A stretch of DNA of 64,000 nucleotides, from positions 2,728,001 to 2,792,000 of the forward strand of contig CM120649.1 of NCBI GenBank assembly GCA_051362555.1, written 5' to 3'. Shown one piece after another: positions 1 to 11,650 of the stretch. The translations under genes were made by a program, and so were the position numbers. The stretch's first letter is position 1, and each line of letters starts with the position of its first letter. The stretch is from Lingula anatina. Lineage: Eukaryota; Animalia; Brachiopoda. Below the pieces are notes generated by a model, which saw only the letters and a program-made list of their open reading frames with translations, was not told the DNA's origin and ran no database searches.

Positions 1-3000
1 CCACACCCACAGCAACCTATAGTTCCACTCTATGTGACACCCACGGCGAACCCTTCACTATAGCACCCACAGGAGAGACCAACAAGCCTTTTGCCAAGGT
101 GGGGCATGTGGTCATACTGCCTAATCGTCAAGTGGCCATCTTGACCTCTCTGGACATATACAGGTAATATGTGGAGATGTGTGAAGGAGAAGCAATTATT
201 ATTACTATTATAAAAATAATAACTGAGTTAAAGTTGAATAAATTTGACAAAGTTGATAAATGTCACACCTACTAGCATAAAACTTTTGGTCTTAGAATCT
301 TTTACAAAAAAGGTCTCTTGGTCCAACTAAAGCACCCTTAACCATTCTCCATCATAATTTCAGGGTTCACGTGTTTGATGAGCAAGGGGTCCTCTCCCAC
401 CAGTTTGGCTCCGACAGAGACCTGCCCAACCCGACGGACATGTGTGTGACCCCCCTGGGGCAGCTGGCCCTCACAGAGATGCACAGTAAGAGGGTCAAGG
501 TCTTCACCCCCCAGGGGGAGCTGGTGTACGAGTTCGGGGGTCAGGACAGGTGCCCCTTCGAGTTCCTGGCAGCCATAGCATGTAGTGACCAGGGACAGTT
601 CTATGTGTTTGATATGTATGGGGTGCATCTTAGCATCCACTCAACGCAGGTAGGGGATGACGTTTAGATCGTTAAAGTAATCATTCACAAAATGCAAACA
701 ATAGTGTTCTAGATAAGCTGACCTTATCATAAGAAAAGAAAATTACAATTATCAGGAGACTGGAATTCAGTTAAAATTGCTGTCACTTCTATACCTCCTG
801 ATGCACTGCCTATACTTAACACTCCATCTAAATTAATGAAGTTCAGTTTCAGGTAACAAACCGCAAAGAAACAATAAAAAATTAATAATGTTAAAAATAC
901 TCCACTTTCCCTGGTACAGCATATTTACATATCTCCCTTTGATCCCCAGGGTGATATTTTGGCCATCACTACCCTGGAGGACAGTGTACCCCGCAGTCTA
1001 GCCAGCTGGCACCCACTACTGTTTACTACCTCAGAGAACCAGATAGCCATCTACAGGTAGGTTCTCTTTGGAGATTTCCCAAATACATCTTTGCTTGTTG
1101 TTATTAAATGCTTTTGTGATACTTTCTTATTTAACTACTATAATTCTGTCATTATCTTTCATTCAGCGCTGTATGGCAATAGATGGGTCTGCTTCACATA
1201 TTATTTTCAAGTAAACAAAATTGTAATAGTTCGTTATTTTATTTCATTTTTTTTATATTCATATTAACATTTGCTTAGGGAAAAACTATTTCAGTGAACT
1301 CCTTTTTAATTCCTTAATCTTATATCCTTTATTGTACCACCAGCGTAGGCGCTGGCGGTACACATGGTTTTAGTCCCGACCCGTATGTTCCGCCGGCTCC
1401 GCCGGCTCCTGCGGCTCCGCCGGCTCCTGAGGCTCCGCCGCCAAGTCACCGTTACCGCTTCTCCTCCTAGACGGTAAGGGCCTCCATACCCATCTCTTGG
1501 ATTTAGGTCACCTATAATCTCAACTCGTTCCACGTAAAATTTGGGCTTTGTCAGTATTGGGGTCTAGGTGTGGCACTCATTGCAATGCACCCTTGTCCAA
1601 AAATGGCAAAATTAAATGCTAATTATCTCCCCTACGGAAGGAATTATGGGAAAAAATTCTACAGACAGCTTTCCAAAAGTCATATGTGTAGATTTCAAAT
1701 ATGCCCTTGGATTTGACCTTTGACCTTTATTTCAAGGTCAAACGGGCCAAAATTTAAAAAAAAACAAAATTTTTGCTGAAAAAAAAATTATTTGCGGTCT
1801 TATTCAGACACCACAAAGACTTAACTAATAATATTAATGGAAAGTGTTACCCTTCGGGTCATCTTTCATCTCCGTGAATTTGGGGTCAATCGGTGCATTT
1901 TCACGGGAGTAGCGGCCATAAGATATCGAAACTGAAAACTGTCTCTAATTCGGGAACCGTTAATGCTAGACACCCATTCTTTTTTGCATTTTGTAGGGCA
2001 TTTAAAGCCCAACACTGGAGGTGGTCTCCGTTTTTTTGTATTCCATACGGTTTTCGAGTTACGCTGTATCAAAAAGTACATATTGGTGGTGAAAGCTAAA
2101 TGTGCAGTACGGTAATGGATAAAAAATTTTGAACTCCGGAAAAATAAAACATAAGGCTTGGCAAAGCAGACAACTTGTGGTCAAAAATGACATTATTTCA
2201 TCAAATTTGAACATCTGGAACTTCAGAGCACCTCCCATTTCAAGAATTTTGACCAAAATGACCTTTTCTTTATTTTAATTAATTTTTTCTGTAGGAAATT
2301 TATGGCACATTATGATAACTCCAAAATTATAACATTTAGTCCCTTATATCTCCAAAACTGGCAGAGATAGGTCCATAGTTTCTATTGAACTTGAATAGGA
2401 AGTCATATGCTGGCAATCTACATGTGACCTTAAAATTGACCTTTCACCTACTTTTCACCATGAACTGAACTTTGCAAATTTTGCTTCCCTTTTATCTCCA
2501 AAACTGGCAGAGATAGGTCCGTAGTCTCTATTGAACTTGAATAGGAAGACATATACTGGCAATCTAAATGTGACCTTAAAATTGACCTTTGACCTACTTT
2601 TCACCATGAACTGAACTTTTCAAATTTTGCTTCCCTTTTATCTCCATAACTGGCAGAGATAGGTCCATAGTCTCTATTGAACTTGAATAGGAAGTCATAT
2701 ACTGGCAATCTACATGTGACCTTAAAATTGACCTTTGACCTACTTTTCACCATGAACTGAACTTTGCAAATTTTGATTCTCTTTTATCTCCAAAACTGGC
2801 AGAGATAGGTCCATAGTTACTATTGAAGTTGAATAGGAATGGTACATTATGGTAACTCCAAAATTATAACATTTAGTCCCTTATATCTCCAAAACTGGCA
2901 GAGATAAGTCCATAGTTACTATTGAAGTTGAATAGGAAGTCATGTACTGGCAATCTTACTGTGACCTTGAAATTGACCTTTGACCTACTTTTCATCATGA

Positions 3001-4635
3001 ACTGAACTTTGCAAATTTTGCTTCCCTTTTATTTCCAAAGTTACGCTGTATCAAAAAGTACATTTTGGTGGTTAAAGCAAAATGTGCAGTACGGTAATGG
3101 ATAATAAATTTTGAACTCCGGAAAAATAAAACATAAGGCTTGGCAAAGCAGACAACTTGTGGTCAAAAATGACATTATTTCATCAAATTTGAACATCTGG
3201 AACTTCAGAGCACCTCCCATTTCAAGAATTTTGACCAAAATGACCTTAATTTTAATTAATTTTTTCTGTAGGAAATTTATGGCACATTATTGTAACTCCA
3301 AAATTATAACATTTAGTCCCTTATCTCTCCAAAACTGGCAGAGATAGGTCCATAGTTACTATTGAAGTTGAATGGGAAGTAATATACTGGCAATCTAAAT
3401 GTGACCTTGAATTTGACCTTTGACCTACTTTTCATCATGAACTGAACTTTGCAAATTTTGCTTCCCTTTTATCTCCAAAACTGGCAGAGATAGGTCCATA
3501 GTCTCTATTGAACTTGAATAGGAAGTCATATACTGGCAATCTACATGTGACCTTAAAATTGACCTTTGACCTACTTTTCACCATGAACTGAACTTTGCAA
3601 ATTTTGATTCCCTTTTATCTCCAAAACTGGCAGAGATAGGTCCATAGTTACTATTGAACTTGAATAGGAAGTCATATACTGGCAATCTTAAAGTGACCTT
3701 AAAATTGACCTTTGACCTACTTTTCACCATGAACTGAACTTTGCATATTTTGCTTCCCCTTTATCTCTAAAACTGGCAGAGATAGGTCCATAGTTACTAT
3801 TGAACATGAATAGGAAGTCATATACTGGCAATCTAAGTGTGACCTTGAAATTGACCTTTGACCTACTTATTATCATGAACTGAACTCTGCTAATTTCTTT
3901 CTCTTTTATCTCCAAACCTGGCAGAGATAGGCCCATAGTTACTATTGAAGTTGAATAGGAAGTCATATACTGGCAATTTACTGTGACCTTGGAATCGACC
4001 TTTGACCTACCTTACGATGAACTTAACTTTGATCGTACCATTTTTAGTAATATATATATCTTTTGCATATTTTGAAAATTCTTGTTGATTGCATTTTTAC
4101 AGCTTGTCAAGCACAAGACTGGTGGCTGTGTTCCTTATTTTGTATATGTGGGGGTCTATACGAATGCGTTTGCTCCAGCTGGTGGTACAATATTCGGAGG
4201 CGGTATCGCCTCTCTGATCCTCTAGTTTAACTATGTTCTGAATCAGGATGAGCCAAACCAAATTGAATCAAATTATTTTCTAAAAAAGATTTTAAAAAAA
4301 TATTTATTTACAGAGAGAACCCAGACAAGCAGCTGCAGCACATAGCCAACTACAAACAGAATCCTGATATCCAGGTACCATTCAAAGAGTGTTCAGCCAC
4401 ATGCTTAGACTCCCAGGGTAATCTCTACATCATGGACAACCTGGACAATAAACTGTACAAGATCAGTCTAAAGGGAGAGGTGTACAGCATAGACCCCACT
4501 GGTGGTGAGGGGTTCACACAAGTGATCAGCATGGCAGTTGACAGAGACAATGCGTTAGTTGTGATTCAAACACAATCACCATCTCACCCAGCACAACCTG
4601 CTGTGTATAGAGTGTGCACTTACAAGCTTGGATGA
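1..4635 (+). CDS. NHL-repeat (six-bladed beta-propeller, TRIM-NHL-like) protein, 3' part; 5' end outside the window
   Basis: Exons <1-163, 364-649, 950-1056 and 4314-4635 are joined by GT-AG introns with matching phases (2,0,2). The translation has NHL-like blades (RVHVFDEQGVLSHQFG..PTDMCVTPLGQLALTEMHSKRVKVFTPQGELVYEFG; CLDSQGNLYIMDNLDNKLYKIS) and ends at TGA 4633-4635. Confidence 0.75.
1328..4228 (+). mobile_element. Non-autonomous Helentron-associated element (HINE/DINE-1/pearl-like) with an internal satellite array, in an NHL-gene intron
   Basis: 15-bp subterminal inverted repeats TATTGTACCACCAGC (1330-1344) / GCTGGTGGTACAATA (4178-4192). 5' hairpin at 1333-1362, then a CCGGCTCCG-type short repeat (~1390-1440) and core tandem repeats. 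3' stem-loop GAGGCG-GTAT-CGCCTC (4197-4212), CTAGT end, T-run flanks. Confidence 0.75.
2340..4030. repeat. 146-bp satellite core repeats (~11 units) with a 982-bp higher-order duplication
   Basis: ATCTCCAAAACTGGCAGAGATAGG recurs at 2348, 2494, 2640, 2786, 2885, ~3325, 3471, 3617, 3763 and 3908 (period 146). Segment 2059-~2340 is repeated at 3041-~3320. Confidence 0.92.
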
Positions 4636-4897
4636 AGGACAATAAAGGTGCAGACAATGGACCTGAAGTCCAAGGAATCTGTGGATTTGTCATAAAAAGA
4701 TTTAGACACGAGGGGGGAAATCCTGAGAGCATACCATAATACTGACCTACTTATATGCTAAGAGTGCATTAAAATATACAGATAACACTCGTAAAACAAT
4801 TTAATCAAGAGCCAGTTTCAAAAGTTTGACTTCAAACAGAAAAAAAAAAGATTATAATAAAGTAAACTCTGCGCTTAATTTTCCAATAAATACTCAC

Positions 4898-6827
4898 AGT
4901 TTCTTTCATCTGTATCTGGTTGATCTTGATTCTGAAGAGTTTGTGTTTGAATTCGTTGTTAAACTTAAACTTATCTCCAGCATCCACATCTTTGCTCTGC
5001 AAACAAGAGCCAAAAAGTGCAGTCATTAATACTCTCAAATTTGCAGAAAATCTAGACACAAATTCAAGTTATACATAAAAATGAATAAGCCCATGAAAAA
5101 AATCATGATATCTCAACATAGACAATTCACACTGACAAAAACAACTCGAACATAGGAGAAATATGTCAGACAGGGCAGAAAACCCAAAATACACCTCCTG
5201 GGGTGGAGAGAGAGGGGGGGGTCCCTGTAGGTCCTGTTACACAGCCCATAAACAGCTTCTTAAAATACTCCAAAAACTGCCCCTTTAAGTTGAAACCCTC
5301 CATCTTACCTTAGGACTCTTAATCAGCACTCTGGCCCGCCCACACGCCAGAGACTGAAGGGTTCTCTTCAGCTCCCCATCCTCTGCAAAGTTATAAATTA
5401 TAAATTACATATAAAAATATATATCAGTGATGATTGTACAATGAAATGAGAAGTAGAAATGTTTTTTTTTTTAATAAATAATAAATCATAAACATAATTA
5501 CCATCTTTTTGAGTGTAATATCAGCATAAATAATAATTGTGATTTTTATTAGTTTTTATTATTTCATTATAAAATCTTATTTATGAGTTTTTATTATTTC
5601 ATTATAAATTCTTATGCAGTTATTTTCCAGACATAAACAAGATGATGAAAGACAATCAAAGTCCATTTCTTAGAGTTAGTCCAAAAATAGTTCAGAAATA
5701 ACTACAATCCGTCCCATCTCACCTATTGCTGTTGCCTGTTTTATTTCCTCAAATGAGAAGACATGTCCTTCATTAAACATCAACAGACAAAGGGTTTGGA
5801 ACAGGGACACCTGGAGTTCTTTATCTCCCTGAAAACAGAATTTAAGTTTTATAAATAAAAAAATCTTTGAAATTTTTGGAATTGCATATAATAAAAAAAA
5901 TTAATTAATAATGTTTGTACTTGTTCCCACCCCCTTTTAAATACGTTGCATACAATCATGCATTCACCAGCATAGATGCAAAGATGCGCACGCACGCACA
6001 CACACCTGCACCACCCGCACACACACACACACTCACCCCAGCAAAGGTTGCCCGTAGCACACAGTGTCCCAGCGTAGACTGCCACTGTAGTTTCCTACCG
6101 CTGTGTTTACCCAGGTAGAACTTGGTGAAGATTTCCTGATACTTCACCATCTGGAATATGGGAGTAGGAACAAACCTCAGGAATAATAATTGGCCAAAGG
6201 TATACAAAATATTAGCATTAACACCCCCAGATGACATGTTCCTCAAAAACATTTAAAAATGGAATCAATAACCTGAATTTTGATCATGACATCAAAGAAA
6301 GCAACCTATGGACTATTTTGTATATTGCCAACTTCTGCAGCTGAAGTATACAAATATACATCACAGGAATCTACTGACAATTTTAAAAAGGCACATTCAG
6401 ACACGACGTGTCCGATTCTTTCTTTCTCCACACCGGTCCAGCATACCTGTATATTAACCAGTATGTTAATATCCAATATATAAGAAGCCTTAAGAAGTTT
6501 ACCTCAGTGGGCAGGTGGACCTCCATGGGGGTATAGGTGGGCCAGTACCCCATAGTGAGGATATTCACATTCAGATCAATACTCCCTGGTACATCTAGAT
6601 TACTGGTATGCTAGAAAATATATAGAGAAATGTAACTTATCAACATACGTCAACATCAAGTAGACAATGACAATGGATACAAATTATTATATAAATATAT
6701 GTCAAATAGACAGTGACAATGTTTATAGGTTTATTTGATTGATAGAAACATGGTCTGAGAATTAGATCTTAGCCATTGTGGATATTTTATTACCTTTAAA
6801 TTCTACAATCCAAACTGTACAAGCTGC

Positions 6828-6861
<34 letters not shown>

Positions 6862-6924
6862 ATTACCTGTCTAAAAGCCAGCATGATGTCTTTGGACAAC
6901 TCCATGTCCTTCAACATTATTATA

Positions 6925-6978
<54 letters not shown>

Positions 6979-7166
6979 TGTCTAAAAGCCAGCATGATGT
7001 CTTTGGACAACTCCATGTCCTTCAACATTATTATTATTATTATTATTATTACTATTACCTGTCTAAAAGCCAGCATGATGTCTTTGGACAACTCCATGTC
7101 CTTGAACATTATTATTACCTGTCTAAAAGCCAGCATGATGTCTTTGGACAACTCCATGTCCTTGAA

Positions 7167-7206
<40 letters not shown>

Positions 7207-7388
7207 TGTCTAAAAGCCAGCATGATGTCTTTGGACAACTCCATGTCCTTAAACATTATTATTATTATTATTATCTGTCTAAAAGCCAGCATTATGTCTT
7301 TGGACAACTCCATGTCCTTGAACATTATTATTATTATTATTACCTGTCTAAAAGCCAGCATGTCTTTAGACAACTCCATGTCCTTCAA

Positions 7389-7437
<49 letters not shown>

Positions 7438-7688
7438 TGTCTAAAAGCCAGCATGATGTCTTTGGACAACTCCATGTCCTTCAACATTATTATTACCTGT
7501 CTAAAAGCCAGCATGATGTCTTTGGACAACTCCATGTCCTTCAACATTATTATTATTATTATTACCTGTCTAAAAGCCAGCATTATGTCTTTGGACAACT
7601 CCATGTCCTTGAACATTATTATTATTATTATTATTATTACCTGTCTAAAAGCCAGCATGATGTCTTTGGACAACTCCATGTCCTTAAA

Positions 7689-7722
<34 letters not shown>

Positions 7723-7769
7723 TGTCTAAAAGCCAGCATGATGTCTTTGGACAACTCCATGTCCTTGAG

Positions 7770-7803
<34 letters not shown>

Positions 7804-7996
7804 TGTCTAAAAGCCAGCATGATGTCTTTGGACAACTCCATGTCCTTAAACATTATTATTATTATTATTACCTGTCTAAAAGCCAGCATTATGTCTTTGG
7901 ACAACTCCATGTCCTTCAACATTATTATTATTATTATTATTATTACCTGTCTAAAAGCCAGCATTATGTCTTTGGACAACTCGATGTCCTTGAACC

Positions 7997-8049
<53 letters not shown>

Positions 8050-10670
8050 TGTCTAAAAGCCAGCATGATGTCTTTGGACAACTCCATGTCCTTCAACATT
8101 ATTATTACCTGTCTAAAAGCCAGCATGATGTCTTTGGACAACTCCATGTCCTTCAACATTATTATTATTATTATTACCTGTCTAAAAGCCAGCATTATGT
8201 CTTTGGACAACTCCATGTCCTTCAACATTATTATTATTATTATTATTACCTGTCTAAAAGCCAGCATGATGTCTTTGGACAACTCCATGTCCTTAAACAT
8301 TATTATTATTATTATTATTACCTGTCTAAAAGCCAGCATGATGTCTTTGGACAACTCCATGTCCTTGAACATGCCCTCCAATTTACTGGTGAAGCCACCT
8401 CCACATTCTGAAATAAATTGTCACTGTTTTTATAAGGCAGCACAAATCTATGATCAACCATATAAATATTTCATAAACTTAAAGTATTCAATTCTAGTGA
8501 TGGTAATGTTGATAATAATAGCAATAATATTTTTTTTTCAATTCTTTTTTCCTTAAATTAGGGGAAAACCTGACAAAAAGTCCTTTCTGCCAAATAAAGA
8601 TCTAAACATATGCTTTAAATTGGTCACAACCGACAATAACAAAACTCTCAAGCCTTCATTACCCTGCTTTAACTTCGACAGCATAGATTTCTCTGCATCT
8701 ACAGACGCAGACTTCCCAACTAACAGTCTCTTGGCCAAGTCTTTCTTGTAGAAGGCCTCAAAGACATCCTTGCCATGGATAAATCTAAACAGCACCATGA
8801 TCTTGTCAAGCAATCTCTCTAGCTCCTCCTCCGTTGCTTCCTTGTTGCCAGCGCGCAGCTTAGAGTCCACATACTTGGCTGAAAAGAAGAAATGAAGTGC
8901 TCAGTAATAAACAAGGGACTGATTATTCACAGCTCACAGCTTAAAGTCTACATACTTCACTGACAAGAAGAAATGAAGAGCTCTGTAATAAAGAAGGGAT
9001 TTTTTACATAACGAACGTTACACAGCTTAGAGTCCACATACTTGACTGACAAGAAGAAACAAAGTTCTTGGTTTGAAAGAAGGGAGTTATTATTCAAAAG
9101 TGATGGAAAATGTTTTGAAATTTCAAATTATTTGAATTTCTATATAAAGCTAATAGCATTTTTAATGTCATAATAAGATCATTTTACCAATACGTACTGA
9201 TGCATTTTAAATGCTACCTTTTTAACTCTCATCGTATACCATATCACTGTAACCAACAGATATCTTTTTAATCATACAGTAAGATCATGTCACTGATGCA
9301 ATTTGGTGTCCTTTTTTTCCAGTTTAACATCTCACCTATAAATTCTGCCGGCTTATTCTGCCTTTGGTTAATAAATGTCTCAAAGGCCTCCTTCACAGCG
9401 TTCACAAATTTTTCATTCTTGGCAAAGCAGACAGCAACTATATTGTCTATTCTGTCCTTGAAATCTGAAAATCCAAATTATTATATATTTTTTGTAATAT
9501 TTTTTGTGAGGCACTGAAATATCGGAGTGCTAGTAACACCCTGTATAGCATAGCCAGCCGTTGCTTGAAAGTAATTATTGTAATAATTGTAATTTTGAGT
9601 CCTTAACACAACTGACAAAATACTTTGCTAAATCATTTTTTCTACCTGTAATGCATATATTTACAATGATTTCATAATCTATAAAAATTTCAAACTGTAA
9701 GTTAAAATACCTGCCTGGCACAAGCTATATCTTTTAATATCTTATTACTTTTATCAAAGGTAAAGTTAAGTGAATCCCTTACCCAGCAAACTCTGTACCA
9801 TGTCTCTGTCCTTATCTGGATCATTGTCTGGGTTTATGACGATCATTTTCCCAGATTTCTGAAAATACACAGAAGGTACTTATTGCCAGTAGTAGTAGAA
9901 GCAGCGTCCAATATATTTTAGAATATAAGGTGCAACTTGGGGCATTCTGTAGTAAGTTTTGCGTGCCTATAAATAACTGGTCTTTAATAGCACGTTACAA
10001 TTAACAATTTAAACAGAATATGAGTGAATGAAAAAATTAATGAACATATGACATGATCATACACCATTACCTTAATATATGATGCACATGCCACGTAGAG
10101 TTCTTTGAGGCCGTCTTTCACTCGGCTAAATAACTGGTACATGAGCGTCAAGTCTTGGATTCTGTTTTGCTCCAGTAACATGTCAAGTCCTAGAGGAAGA
10201 TATCATTGACTCACACTTTAGGTTTTTGTGTTCAGTCTAATATCATTCAGTGTTAAAACTTACCTCCAGAGTCTAAAAATTTTACTGACCCCCATATAAA
10301 TGTGTTAAAAAGCAATGAGACAAAAGAAGTGGAAATTCAGTCTACTTTGAACCTCAGACATTCACCTTTCTGAAAATGGACATTTCAATGAACCACAATA
10401 AAATTAATAACTAAGTCAATGGTTTATTCGGCCTACAACAAAATATATTACATTTTACTTAGCCAAATAAGAATATGATAAATATTTGACAAAAATATAC
10501 TGATACATTAAGACTAAGCCCAGAACGGTGATATTTTATTGTTTTTGTTCCTGTACCTACCTTTTTGTAGTATTGCAGTTAAGTGGTGCTCCAAGAGGTT
10601 TTTCTCCACACAAGTAACCAGAGATTTCCTGAAATAACACATCACATCAAAAATTATTATTACTATAATT

Positions 10671-10705
<35 letters not shown>

Positions 10706-11577
10706 CTCTCTCTCTCTCCACACCCTTCTGTCTTCAACTGCAAGTTGTAAAAAATAAGAATTCCCATGTCACATTCTACAGTGTTGAGACAAAGCGTAAC
10801 CTTTTCAAAAAAAAAAAAAAAACATCCTTTTTTTGCACTTTCATTATTGCCATTATTCAATCCAATCCATATGCCTACTGTTACATACATTTGTGTTATG
10901 ACAGGGTACAATTTCAAGAAAATACACATAATAAACTGACTTATATATTACATATATGCATTTACAAATTTTACAGATCTATAAGCTATGTATTCATGAG
11001 TCCCTGTATGGAGCAACAGGGAGGGGATCAGACACTAACCTTGTACTCTGATCTAAGTAGTGATACAATCTCTCCGTTTCCTCATTCAACCTTTTGTCCA
11101 CATGTGACAGGTACTCTGGAACCTGGAAATAGACCCAGTTAAATCAGATGATACACCATGACAGACTGGAACTTTCCAGTGAACTGGTCACTCAGACTAC
11201 CCATCGGTCACTCAGACCTGAATTGCCCTGCCACTTAGACATATCTGCAGTAGAAGGCTTCTTAATTAACCTAATAAAAAACAAGTATGAAGTTTAACTA
11301 TCCTCTGTTCCACAATGGCTGTCTTACCTCTCTCTCATGCATGAGTTTCTGTCCCTCAGCACAGTATAATCTGTCTGTGGCAGCCAGGAACTTCACCTCA
11401 AAGGCTTCCTGGTAGATCTGGGAAAACACAAGACAGTATCACAATAACTATCAAAATTATTCAGGGTGTTTTACATATCTGAACAATGAAGACCAGTTTG
11501 TTTACACTCTGGGGCTGTTTCTGGAAAGGGCTTGTAGTATACTTTTAGGCCAAAAAAAGTAAGTCTACCTCAGTTAA

Positions 11578-11650
<73 letters not shown>

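Noticed and set aside
164-363. CCCTTAAC U12-like branch sequence in an NHL-gene intron
   Set aside because: The 5' site is GTAATAT, not GTATCCTT, and the motif is further from the AG than is usual for U12 introns; treated as U2-type.
2059-3347. Duplicated 65-aa ORFs (2059-2256, 3041-3238)
   Set aside because: By-products of the 982-bp duplication inside a non-autonomous element, with no recognisable domain.
6861-8372. CRISPR-like pattern of a constant ~54-nt repeat with variable spacers
   Set aside because: The spacers are only (ATT)n runs, the repeat is CUL4 exon sequence, the context is a eukaryotic spliced gene, and there are no cas genes.
6858-8381. 507-aa minus-strand ORF as a standalone gene
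   Set aside because: It begins inside CUL4 exon 14 at a non-ATG codon and is read-through into the array; treated as a possible exon extension instead.
6883-8556. 557-aa plus-strand ORF
   Set aside because: It is the antisense shadow of the 3n repeat array, with no independent coding evidence.
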